Assembly (NCBI GenBank): GCA_965263295.1
Contig: OZ253665.1
Coordinates: forward strand, 2,144,001 to 2,208,000
DNA length: 64,000 nucleotides
Reading direction: 5' to 3'
From: Spirochaetia bacterium
GTDB lineage: Bacteria > Spirochaetota > Spirochaetia > SP-2023
Shown here: positions 48,541 to 57,177 of the stretch, one piece after another
How positions within the stretch are numbered: the stretch's first letter is position 1
Layout: each line of letters begins with the position of its first letter
Notes under the pieces: model-generated
Databases searched by the model: none
What the model was told of the DNA's origin: nothing
The model's input: only the letters and a program-made list of their open reading frames with translations
Translations under genes and position numbers: made by a program

Positions 48541-49647
48541 ATGATGAACACAAGATTGTGCGGGGCTTTTAAATTTCGCACAGCCAGTCTGCTCAGTGCC
48601 GGCAGCCTGGCGCTGCTTCTTAGCTGTGTTTCAGCCAGCAGCGACTCATCCGCTAGCAATGGCGCTCCCTCCTGGTACACGGACAAAGACAAGAGCTACC
48701 CCAATCGAGACTACCTGGCAGTGAGCGGCAAGGGTAGCACTGAACGCGAAGCAAAGCGCGATGCCGCCGGGGAATTGGCCACCCAATTCAGTGCTAAAAT
48801 TGACTATGATTCCACCGCATCCCTACACTACGCCGAATCTGGCGATAACGCGAGTACTGCGCGCGGGATTGACCAAACTGTGCGCGTACGCAGCGATCAA
48901 GAAATCGCCGGGATAGAATATTCCCAAGCTTTCCGTGCCGGAAGCCAAGTGTATATTGTCGCCTATCTTGAGCGCGAGAAGGTTGGGAAGCTTTATTCCG
49001 AGCGCATTGCCGAGCGCCGCGACAAGATTGCGGAGCTGCGCCGGCGCGCGGCGGCTCTCAACCCCGCAGATAAGAATACTGAAGACCTGCTGGCGGGCTT
49101 TATCCTTTACGACTACAGTGTCGATCAAGCCTTGCGCAATCAGATTTTGCTGGAACAATTACAAATAATTAACAAAGCCATGCACGACCGCGTGGACGCA
49201 ACAATTGACTACGACTCAGTGCAACTGGCCGCGGAGCGCGCCAAATTTGCCAGCCGTCTGTCCTTTGATGTCAATTACAACGAAAAAAACGAATTAGCCT
49301 TCCTGGGTGAAAACATTGCCAGCAAACTGACGCAGCTGGGTTTTCCCCGTAAAAAGAACGGTGATAGCGCTTTACTCGTCGACTTTGAACTGCAGCTTGC
49401 GGACGTCCAGACGAACAACCGCTACCAGAACATTGCCTGGGACCTGCAAATTCGCTTTACACGTATGCAAAATGTCGACGGCAGCGGGGCCCAAACCAGC
49501 CTTCTTGAATTCAGCAAAAGTGGCCGGGAGTCTGGGATTACGCGCTCACGTGCACTTACGACACTCAAACGCCTGCTCAGCGAGGAAATTGAAAATCAAT
49601 TCATGAGTCAGCTCTACGAGCACTTCGCAAAGTTTGCGGGGCTGTAA
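48541..49647 (+). CDS. LPP20-family lipoprotein
   Basis: Lipobox LLSC; APSWY...YLAVSGKG...AKRDAAGELATQF. Confidence 0.75.
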   Translation: MMNTRLCGAFKFRTASLLSAGSLALLLSCVSASSDSSASNGAPSWYTDKDKSYPNRDYLAVSGKGSTEREAKRDAAGELATQFSAKIDYDSTASLHYAESGDNASTARGIDQTVRVRSDQEIAGIEYSQAFRAGSQVYIVAYLEREKVGKLYSERIAERRDKIAELRRRAAALNPADKNTEDLLAGFILYDYSVDQALRNQILLEQLQIINKAMHDRVDATIDYDSVQLAAERAKFASRLSFDVNYNEKNELAFLGENIASKLTQLGFPRKKNGDSALLVDFELQLADVQTNNRYQNIAWDLQIRFTRMQNVDGSGAQTSLLEFSKSGRESGITRSRALTTLKRLLSEEIENQFMSQLYEHFAKFAGL

Positions 49648-49689
49648 GTCTAAAAAAAATAATAAAAACGAATTTAACGGAGAACTATT

Positions 49690-50973
49690 ATGCCGGTTTC
49701 AGCTGTTGTCGGGGCCAACTGGGGCGACGAGGGCAAAGGGAAATTTGCCGATTTCCTGGCCCAACGCGCGGACTTTGTCGCGCGCTTTCAAGGAGGCCGC
49801 AATGCCGGCCATACCATTATCAACAAATATGGCAAATTTGCCTTGCATTTACTCCCTGCGGGAGTTTTCAACCACAATACAAGCAACGTCTTGGGCCCCT
49901 GCGTCGCGGTAGATGTCGAGTCTCTGCGCGAGGAGCTGGCCGGGCTGGCGCGGCAAAATGTTCCCGAACCCCAGCTGCTGATTTCCGAGCGCGCGCAACT
50001 ATTGTTTTCCTATCACAAGCTGTTTGACACTCTTGAGGAAGAGCGGCGGGCAGCCGCCAATTTTGGTTCCACTCGCTGCGGGATCGCCCCATTCTACAGT
50101 GACATGCATGCCAAAATAGGGTTGCAACTACACGATCTGTTTGACGAAGCGGCCTTGCGAGAACACTTTGGGTTAATCCTGCCACAGAAAAATGCTTTGC
50201 TGCGCGAACTGTATCAGCATCCAGAATTGAAAATGGAGGACTTACTCGACGAAGCTCGATCCGCACGCGATTTTCTGCAGCCCTTTCTCTGCGATACGGG
50301 GGCCCTGCTGCGGCGTGCCCTGAACGAAGGGAAAAACATCCTGGTCGAAGGGCAGCTGGGCAGCCTGCGCGACATTTACCACGGTATTTACCCCTATTCA
50401 ACTTCCTCGTGTCCCTTGGCCAGCTTTGCCCCGGCAGCCCTGGGGCTGCCTCCCCGCGAGCTGAAGACCATTCTGGCCGTAACCAAAGCCTATTCATCTT
50501 GCGTCGGTCAAGGTCCATTCGTCGCGGAACTACATGGAACCCAAGCCGACGAGCTGCGCCGTCGAGGCGGCGGCAGCGGCGAGTATGGCGCGACAACTGG
50601 CCGCCCGCGCCGGGTGGGCTGGTTTGATGCCGTGGCGACACGTTACGGCGTCGAAGTTCAGGGGGCGACCGAGGTCGCCCTGACGAATATTGACGTTTTA
50701 GGTTATTTGGAACAAATTCCGGTCTGCGTCGCCTATCGCGACCCCGAAAGCGGCAAGGAACTGCGGGAATTTCCCAATCAAAGCATGCAGGCGCGCATGC
50801 GCCCCGTATTTAAAGAAGTTCCCGGCTGGAAACAGGAAATCAGTGGCATACGCGAATTTAAACGGCTACCCGAAGCCGCCCGCAACTACGTACTCTTTTT
50901 GGAAGAGCTTTTAAATGTGCGCATATCGCTAATTTCCAATGGCCCCGAACGCGAGCAGGTCATCCAGCGCTAG
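49690..50973 (+). CDS. purA: Adenylosuccinate synthetase
   Basis: GANWGDEGKGK, RFQGGRNAGHT, EYGATTGRPRRVGWFD. Confidence 0.97.
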   Translation: MPVSAVVGANWGDEGKGKFADFLAQRADFVARFQGGRNAGHTIINKYGKFALHLLPAGVFNHNTSNVLGPCVAVDVESLREELAGLARQNVPEPQLLISERAQLLFSYHKLFDTLEEERRAAANFGSTRCGIAPFYSDMHAKIGLQLHDLFDEAALREHFGLILPQKNALLRELYQHPELKMEDLLDEARSARDFLQPFLCDTGALLRRALNEGKNILVEGQLGSLRDIYHGIYPYSTSSCPLASFAPAALGLPPRELKTILAVTKAYSSCVGQGPFVAELHGTQADELRRRGGGSGEYGATTGRPRRVGWFDAVATRYGVEVQGATEVALTNIDVLGYLEQIPVCVAYRDPESGKELREFPNQSMQARMRPVFKEVPGWKQEISGIREFKRLPEAARNYVLFLEELLNVRISLISNGPEREQVIQR

Positions 50974-51023
50974 GAATCTTCAATTTGAATGCCAGCTCAT
51001 TGAATTTCACAAAATACTTTTAT

Positions 51024-51063
51024 AAAAGAAGAAAGAGCAAGTGCACTTGCTCTTTCTTCTTTT
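51024..51063. terminator. Perfect 40-bp palindrome, likely bidirectional terminator between purA and tRNA-Leu
   Basis: AAAAGAAGAAAGAGCAAGTG|CACTTGCTCTTTCTTCTTTT with zero spacer. Confidence 0.8.
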
Positions 51064-51146
51064 GCCTAGAAAAGGACTCGAACCTTCACGGGGTCGCCCC
51101 CACTAGTACCTGAAACTAGCGTGTCTACCGATTCCACCACCTAGGC
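51063..51146 (-). tRNA. tRNA-Leu (anticodon CAG), no encoded CCA
   Basis: GCCTAGGTGGTGGAATCGGTAGACACG-CTAGT-TTCAGGT-ACTAG, variable arm, GGTTCGAGTCC...CTAGGCA. Confidence 0.97.
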
Positions 51147-51162
51147 TCTGCACCAGAGCTGT

Positions 51163-51191
51163 ATTCTAGAGAAGTAAATGCTTTTTGTCAA
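51163..51191 (-). promoter_or_regulatory. Sigma70 promoter of tRNA-Leu
   Basis: Minus strand TTGACA-N17-TAGAAT. Confidence 0.8.
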
Positions 51192-51349
51192 GCGGCGGGC
51201 AGCTTCTATATGGGGACCTCGATACTTTTCGACCGGAATATTTGGGCGCATTTTGCCAGCCAAGCCGCAAATTGCATCCAATCGCCGAATCGCAATATTT
51301 TCCGGATTGTCGTATTTTATTGGCGAAACATTTTCAAACGCGCTGCGCT

Positions 51350-52192
51350 TTAAGAGCCGGTCCCTTGATAGCCGCGCAGGGCGCCGCGCCAGAGAAGCGC
51401 GGCGCTCATCAGAAGTGCCGCCCACGAGGCCAGGGCTGTGAGAAGCAAAGCCCAAGAAAAGGAATGCCCGGGCGCGAGGCCTTCGGCAACGAGCGTTGCG
51501 GCGCTTAGCGGAAAAAGGGCGAGAACGATTCCCGCAAGGAGACTGCGTGAAAACGTCGTTCGCAACACCGAAACCGGCAAAAGCCCGAAGGTCGCAATCT
51601 CGCCCGTCGCGCTCATGAAGGCCCCCGTATCGCTCAATGCACGGATTGAAAGCGCGGCCCCGATCAAGATGACGGCGAAGAATGCCGGAGCCGCAATGAC
51701 GAAGCACAAAAACCCAGCTGCGATGGCGGTGGGGAGCGGAATCGGGCCATAGTCAGACGTGTAATCAGGCGTATAATCATAGGCAAGTGCGATAAAATAC
51801 CCGCCGACGACGCAGTCGAGCAGTCGTTCGAAATTGATTTGCCGCATCATGAGTTGCAGGGCCACTGGGACCGGCCGCGCCAGACACAAGGTGAGCCCTC
51901 CCGACCGGGCGAGGCTTCCGGCCGCCCAGAAACTTTCGGTCAACGATTCCACCAGGCCATAGGCGATGCGCAGGACACCGGCGAGAAAAAAGGTCAAAAA
52001 AGGCGTCTCTTGCACCGCCATTCCGGCGGGAAGATTTCGCTCCAGAATCAACCAGGAGACAAGCGCCGAGACGGCAATGGAACATATCGCGCCGACGAGA
52101 TCAAGCCGGTATTGCCGCATCACCTTGAATTGCAGCCTCAGGCTCACGGCAATGTAAGATAATACGGCCCTTTGTTCTCTCGCCCGCCTCAT
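51350..52192 (-). CDS. ABC-2 type exporter permease (COG3694-like)
   Basis: MRQYRLD, ARSGGLTLCLARPV (cf. G.LD..L.RP), C-terminal LWRGALRGYQGTGS. Confidence 0.75.
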   Translation of the reverse strand: MRRAREQRAVLSYIAVSLRLQFKVMRQYRLDLVGAICSIAVSALVSWLILERNLPAGMAVQETPFLTFFLAGVLRIAYGLVESLTESFWAAGSLARSGGLTLCLARPVPVALQLMMRQINFERLLDCVVGGYFIALAYDYTPDYTSDYGPIPLPTAIAAGFLCFVIAAPAFFAVILIGAALSIRALSDTGAFMSATGEIATFGLLPVSVLRTTFSRSLLAGIVLALFPLSAATLVAEGLAPGHSFSWALLLTALASWAALLMSAALLWRGALRGYQGTGS

Positions 52193-53001
52193 GCCTCAAA
52201 TGTCCTGCCAGCGCGCCGCCTGACGGCTTCGATCGCGAGGACTAACGCCAGCAAGCCGATGCCCCACCAAACAAGCGGCGCGATAAGCCCGGTCAGGGTG
52301 CCCCATGAGATCGGCATGCTTTGGATCGGCTCGCTTTGCGTCAAAAGACGGGCGGGGGCAAAGACGGCCCACGGAAACGGCGTCGCATACGCCGCCGCGC
52401 GAACCGCCGGCGGCAGCACGGGCAACGGAAAAACGATTCCCGAGGCCAGCAGGCAGACGCCGGATTTCAACTCCCCCACGCCATAATGCAGGGGCGAGAT
52501 AAACGCCAGGTAACTCACCGCCATATCAAAGAGGCAGATGACCATCGCACTGAGGAACAGCAGCGGGAATGCCACGGCAAGCCGCATATGCCAAGGTTCA
52601 GGCGCCGGCGCGGAGACGAGCACCGCCGCCAAAACCGAGATGGCGGCCGCCGACAAAATGGATAGCAGACGGTTGCCGAAAAACGAACCGAGGCAACGCC
52701 ACATGACATGCACCGGCATGGCATCGTAAAGTGTGAAAAGGCCCGCCCGAATCGCGCCGGCAAACTGGCCGCCCGGGGTGACCATGCAAGCCAGGAAGAA
52801 AACGTTGGCGACCAAAAAATAGGTCAGCGGGTGGTCGATGCCGGCGTCCGGCTGAAACTCGCCGCCTCGCGAGGCCAGCAGGAACAGCAGAAGAAGGAGC
52901 ACCGAGCGCACGCCATGGCCGGCAAGGTCGCCCGGTTGGGCGATTGAGGAGAGGAATGCGACCCGAGCATATCCCGCCGTAGCTCTTATATGGATCAGCA
53001 T
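52189..53001 (-). CDS. ABC-2 type exporter permease (COG4587-like)
   Basis: IRAGLF..MPV, LASGIVFPLPVLP, TPFPWAVFAPARL; overlaps the next gene by 4 nt. Confidence 0.75.
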   Translation of the reverse strand: MLIHIRATAGYARVAFLSSIAQPGDLAGHGVRSVLLLLLFLLASRGGEFQPDAGIDHPLTYFLVANVFFLACMVTPGGQFAGAIRAGLFTLYDAMPVHVMWRCLGSFFGNRLLSILSAAAISVLAAVLVSAPAPEPWHMRLAVAFPLLFLSAMVICLFDMAVSYLAFISPLHYGVGELKSGVCLLASGIVFPLPVLPPAVRAAAYATPFPWAVFAPARLLTQSEPIQSMPISWGTLTGLIAPLVWWGIGLLALVLAIEAVRRRAGRTFEA

Positions 53002-53014
53002 GATCTGTCACCGC

Positions 53015-54010
53015 TCAACGCGACGCGGTTTCAAGTTGCGCGAGAATGGTTTTGAGGTCTTCTTGCGCGCCAAACTGGACCGAGCGCACCGATGGCGCGG
53101 CCTGCCGCACGCAGTCGAGCACAAGCTCTTTAAGCCCGGGGCGGTCGCCGTCCTGCACGCTCAGGGCGCCATCGTCGCCGCGCCGCGCCTGAAGACCGCT
53201 GGCGCGGAGACAGTCGTGTAGCGCCTCAATGTCTTGTTCCGCGCAACTGACCGTGACGGCGCGAGAAAACCCAGGGAGAGCGGTCAACTCGCGAAACGTG
53301 CCGTCAAAGACGATCCGGCAATCAGAGAGAATCGCAATCTTGCACGTATTTTCGGTCAGGTCGGCCAGATCGTTGGTGGCCTGCACCACGCAGGTTCCCC
53401 AGTCTCTGGCGATGTGGGCCAGGGCGGCGTGATAAGACGTCTTCACCAGCAAATCAAGACCGATGGAACATTCGTCGAGCAGCAGCAGACGCGGGCGGTG
53501 CAGCATGGCCAGGGCGACCTCAATGCGCACGCGCTGCCCCAGGCTGAGGGTTCGGGTCGGCCGCTGCATCAGATCGCCTATGGCAAAACAGGCCTCAAGC
53601 TCTTTGAGAGTGCGCGCGAAGCTCGCGCGTGAGAGGCCGTAGATCGCGCGGTGCAAGCGAAACGTTTCGATCGGCGCCAAGTCCCATTGCAGACGGGAGC
53701 GATTGCCAATCGCCAGGCCGATGTCCGATTGGGTGCCCCGGCTGACGGGAGAGACTGGCTTACCGTGGAGCGCGACCGCCCCCGACTGCGGGGCCATGAC
53801 GCCGGCAAGAATTTTCAATAGCGTCGATTTTCCCGCGCCATTCAGCCCCAGGATCACATTGACCGAATGGGTTGAAAAGGCGAGCGTCACATCCCGCAAG
53901 ACCAGCGCCCCTTGCGCGGCGCGGCCAAAACCGAAGAGGCGCCGCCTCGCGCCATAGCCATGCGTAACGGCGTCAACGCTTACGGCAGAAGCGAATTCAT
54001 CATTTGTCAT
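53015..54010 (-). CDS. ABC transporter ATP-binding protein (COG4586-like)
   Basis: GLNGAGKST, GNRSRLQWDL, TLSLGQRVR, LLLDECSIGLD; H-loop reads ATND. Confidence 0.85.
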   Translation of the reverse strand: MTNDEFASAVSVDAVTHGYGARRRLFGFGRAAQGALVLRDVTLAFSTHSVNVILGLNGAGKSTLLKILAGVMAPQSGAVALHGKPVSPVSRGTQSDIGLAIGNRSRLQWDLAPIETFRLHRAIYGLSRASFARTLKELEACFAIGDLMQRPTRTLSLGQRVRIEVALAMLHRPRLLLLDECSIGLDLLVKTSYHAALAHIARDWGTCVVQATNDLADLTENTCKIAILSDCRIVFDGTFRELTALPGFSRAVTVSCAEQDIEALHDCLRASGLQARRGDDGALSVQDGDRPGLKELVLDCVRQAAPSVRSVQFGAQEDLKTILAQLETASR

Positions 54011-54177
54011 TTTTATTGTCAAATATTTGCGGCTATTCTAATTCGGAGCTCTCGACGGTGTCAAGTATTTTTGCCGGAATTTGACCCCGCCCGGAGATTT
54101 GCGTGCCAGTTGGCGACAATATTGTGGCGGCAAAGCAATTTTTTTATGAAAATACCGTTGTTTGTAGGGCCAGGGTG

Positions 54178-54320
54178 ACCACGAAAGGGGAACCACGAAA
54201 GGTCACGAAGACTGCGAAAGGGCACGAAATTTAGGCTGGGGGGCCGCGGGTGGATGACGGGAGGCGCGGTGTTTTAGAATTTTTCGTGTTGTTTTGTATT
54301 TTTTTGTGTTTTTCGTGGTT
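54178..54320. repeat. CACGAAA direct-repeat cluster with an inverted TTTCGTG cluster (REP-like element)
   Basis: ACCACGAAA, AACCACGAAA, TCACGAAG, GCACGAAAT (54178-54230) versus TTTTCGTGT, TTTTTGTGT, TTTCGTGGTT (54281-54320). Confidence 0.8.
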
Positions 54321-54386
54321 ACTCGGCCAGGGACTCCTGAGAGGGGGGAACGGCGAAAGTATTTTGTAAAAATATTTCTAAAGTAC

Positions 54387-54415
54387 TTGTCAAAAATTAT
54401 TGGGGGCCATATACT
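54387..54415 (+). promoter_or_regulatory. Sigma70 promoter of the acidic lipoprotein gene
   Basis: TTGTCA-N17-TATACT. Confidence 0.75.
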
Positions 54416-54467
54416 AGACATGTTCTAGGATATTCGTTTGGCAAGCATTTGCCCGTGCCTGCGAACC

Positions 54468-54494
54468 ATTATTATTATTATTATTATTATTATT
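54468..54494. repeat. (ATT)9 microsatellite in the predicted 5' UTR
   Basis: Nine perfect ATT units. Confidence 0.97.
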
Positions 54495-54561
54495 TTCTAT
54501 TTCATATCGTTTCTCATTTAAAATTTGTAGCCCACATTCTTTTTATAAGGAGGATACAGAT

Positions 54562-56031
54562 ATGTCATCTGGTCTAATTTTTAAACGGCTCTTTGCCGTC
54601 AGCTTCGTGCTTTTATTCCTGTTTGTTTGGGGTTGTGAGGATGATTCATCCGATCTGGACTCCGGGCCAAAAACATTGATAGATTTGGACATGAGGAAAC
54701 TTGAGTCTCCCGAAAAAATTGAGGGTCCCGGTCAATTTGAATTTTTTATTGATTCCTTTATTAAAGACGAACACATCGTCTTGCAAGATAGCGAGCTGGC
54801 CACGGAGCAGCTGGCCGATTTTTGGGCTGACGTGGCCGTGCGCTGGGGTCTGCGCCAGAAAATGGCAAACAGTGAGGCGACAGGTGAGGCCGATGAAGGT
54901 GTGGCAGCTGAAGCAAGCGCCTCTGAAGATTCTCCTGAGACTTCGGGCGAAATTTCCGAAACTTTTTGGCTGCAACGGAGTGCCAATTACAGCGATGCCG
55001 ATGATGTCTCTGAATATAAGATCACGGCCGCAGAGGGTGAAAAACAATTTTTTGTCCTCGATCCTCAAGATTGGAAAGATAATTTGCCCGATCATTTTCC
55101 CGCTGAATGGTCCGATATTTCCGCCGGCGAATTAGAGGTGGTGGTTGAAGCTTTCTTGGCCACCCAGGCTGCCGAAGGGCAATTTACGAGCACGGCCAGC
55201 ATTGATCTGCCTGCGGACTTCCAATTAAGGCAAGAAAATACAGAGGTAGCTTCGGAAGCTTCAACTCCTGCAAATTCACAGCCGACTGAAGATACAATAT
55301 CGACGGAACTTGGTCCGCCTCTGGTTGTTTCCTGGGATGAGGGAAGAACTGATGTAAGCGTTAATCCCGAAGAAGTCGAACGCTTATGGACAAGGGAGCA
55401 GGATGAAACGCTTATCAAGCAATTTGCTGTAACGGTTGATTACGCTGGATCCCCGGCAGAGCTGAAATTTAAGTGGTTTATAAATGATGTAGAGTTGCCG
55501 GATAAGAATGACTCAATAGCAACAATAGAATTGCGCCAAACAGCCCTTGGGTATAAGTCCATAGATCCGGAATCGGGATATCCCTATACTGCTGAAGAGT
55601 TAGCGACGACTGAGCACCGTCGTAAGATAAGTGTCATAGTGTCTGACCCCCAAGGAAATAGTGGCGAGGCAAAACTGTTTGTTGACTTAGATTCCAAACC
55701 TGTTGCATACATTGTAAGTTCTCCTGATAAGTTTAAGATTGGACAGAAGAATGCTCAAGCTGTTCGGGTATTCGTAGCTGATGAAAATGAGGATCCTGTA
55801 TCAATGAAATGGGAGCGAAGTGTAGATGGGGGAGAGAGCTTTCAGGATGTAAACATTGAGATAGAGGCAGAGGTGGGGGCTGTTTCAACGATTTGGATAG
55901 ACCGCACAGGTCGAAAAGTAGGAGACCATCTTATTTACCGCATAACTCCCATCTCAGAAGTACAGTTTGGAAGTCAAATTGAAATTGTGGAAGGAGAACC
56001 TGTCACAACTACTGGTATAGATTTTTATTGA
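54562..56031 (+). CDS. Acidic surface lipoprotein with probable Ig-like beta-sandwich domains
   Basis: Lipobox VWGC; very D/E-rich; LKFKWFINDVEL...ISVIVSD, MKWERSVDGG...IYRITP; AAGGAGG RBS. Confidence 0.75.
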   Translation: MSSGLIFKRLFAVSFVLLFLFVWGCEDDSSDLDSGPKTLIDLDMRKLESPEKIEGPGQFEFFIDSFIKDEHIVLQDSELATEQLADFWADVAVRWGLRQKMANSEATGEADEGVAAEASASEDSPETSGEISETFWLQRSANYSDADDVSEYKITAAEGEKQFFVLDPQDWKDNLPDHFPAEWSDISAGELEVVVEAFLATQAAEGQFTSTASIDLPADFQLRQENTEVASEASTPANSQPTEDTISTELGPPLVVSWDEGRTDVSVNPEEVERLWTREQDETLIKQFAVTVDYAGSPAELKFKWFINDVELPDKNDSIATIELRQTALGYKSIDPESGYPYTAEELATTEHRRKISVIVSDPQGNSGEAKLFVDLDSKPVAYIVSSPDKFKIGQKNAQAVRVFVADENEDPVSMKWERSVDGGESFQDVNIEIEAEVGAVSTIWIDRTGRKVGDHLIYRITPISEVQFGSQIEIVEGEPVTTTGIDFY

Positions 56032-56092
56032 TCCACATAAATAAAATCGCGTGCAGTAAAATCATGTTTTATTGCGCATGGTAAATACAATT

Positions 56093-56119
56093 GCCACCTG
56101 CCTGTAACAGGCAGGTGGC
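56093..56119. terminator. Hairpin downstream of the lipoprotein gene
   Basis: GCCACCTGCCTGT-A-ACAGGCAGGTGGC. Confidence 0.6.
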
Positions 56120-56681
56120 GGTGTAATTCCTGCTGCTTCGGGAGCCGCTCTCCCTCTGGCAGCCGTCTTGTTTAAATTTTCAACTCCTTGTTTCCGTTTC
56201 AGGATGCGGAATTAGCCGCCAGCGTCTCGGCCTTCTCGTGCGTGGGTGGCAAAAAGGTTTTCTTCTGCGGCAATCCCGGTAGCTGGTCTTTTTTTGAAGC
56301 TCCTCCTGCTGTGAGACATCAAAGGGGGTCTTTTGTATCAGCTTATTTGCAAGGAGTTCTCAAGGGGAGGGTCTAGGGGGCAGGGGGCGATGTTTGCGCC
56401 GTTGTCCCAGAAAAAATATAAGCATAGACCTGGCTTTGGCTCGTCGCAGGATGCTGTATTTTACGCATGATGAGGGGCTCCTCGCACTTTGCGCGGACTA
56501 TCAGATTGTGATCCCGCCCGCGAACTCAGCGTAGGGAGGAATTACGCTGCCGCTTTTCGCATGTATCTGCGTCCGCTGTTGGGTTCGCGGATGCCCAACG
56601 CCTATCGCCTGCGTCAGAATCGCGTGCCCAGCATTTTTCCTTGCCAGAGGCTGTAATAAAAAAAGGTGCGGGTTCTGCTCC

Positions 56682-56969
56682 TTACATATCAAAAACTGGC
56701 TTTAAGTCATTATCCTCTTCAATACGTAACATTCTAATATCTGTCACGCAGTGTTCTAACCATGGAAATTCTTTTGCCATAGCAGCACAAATCAATGTCG
56801 TTGTTACAGCGTTAGTTTGTTCATTCCCGAAGTATACAGAGCCTTGCTGGCGTTCAAATCCTTTAGTTGCCAAGAAACGTTTTATATCGCCATAAGCATT
56901 ATTATGACTTTGCCCTGGATAGTGTTCTTGTAATGCTGCTATTTGCAAATCAAATGTTATTGCATACAT
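56682..56969 (-). CDS. vapD: Virulence-associated protein D (Cas2-like endoribonuclease)
   Basis: MYAITFDL, NNAYGDIKRFL..GFERQQGSVY, FPW...VTDIRMLRIEEDNDL; AGGAG RBS. Confidence 0.92.
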   Translation of the reverse strand: MYAITFDLQIAALQEHYPGQSHNNAYGDIKRFLATKGFERQQGSVYFGNEQTNAVTTTLICAAMAKEFPWLEHCVTDIRMLRIEEDNDLKPVFDM

Positions 56970-57047
56970 GAATCTACTCCTATTTCCCCAATTGATTTTC
57001 TTAACTACCGCAAATGCTTCTCACCTGAACGCGTTGTTATACGCATG

Positions 57048-57177
57048 TTACTTGAGATAGGTTTTCAATCCTTCAAGCAAGAGCTCTAAGATATGGTCGG
57101 CTATTAAGTTTTCTAGGTCTTTACTCTTTTTTTTCCAGACGACGAAAATCCTTAAATTCAAGAGTTATTTCTTTCCA
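57048..57177 (-). pseudogene. Possible frameshifted gene fragment upstream of vapD
   Basis: WKEITLEFKDFRRLEKKE* joins KDLENLIADHILELLLEGLKTYLK* if one T is removed; no start codon or RBS found. Confidence 0.3.

Noticed and set aside
51063..54320. Classical tRNA-integrated island with att repeats
   Set aside because: The GC-rich genes lie on the 5' side of the tRNA, no duplicated tRNA 3' end was found, and there is no integrase.
56400..56534. Fragment LYFTHDEGLLALCADYQIVI resembling an ABC ATPase H-loop
   Set aside because: Too short, with no upstream Walker motifs in frame; may be chance.
56578..56599. GTTGGGT...GCCCAAC as integron core sites downstream of vapD
   Set aside because: Order and spacing fit a simple short hairpin, not an attC site.
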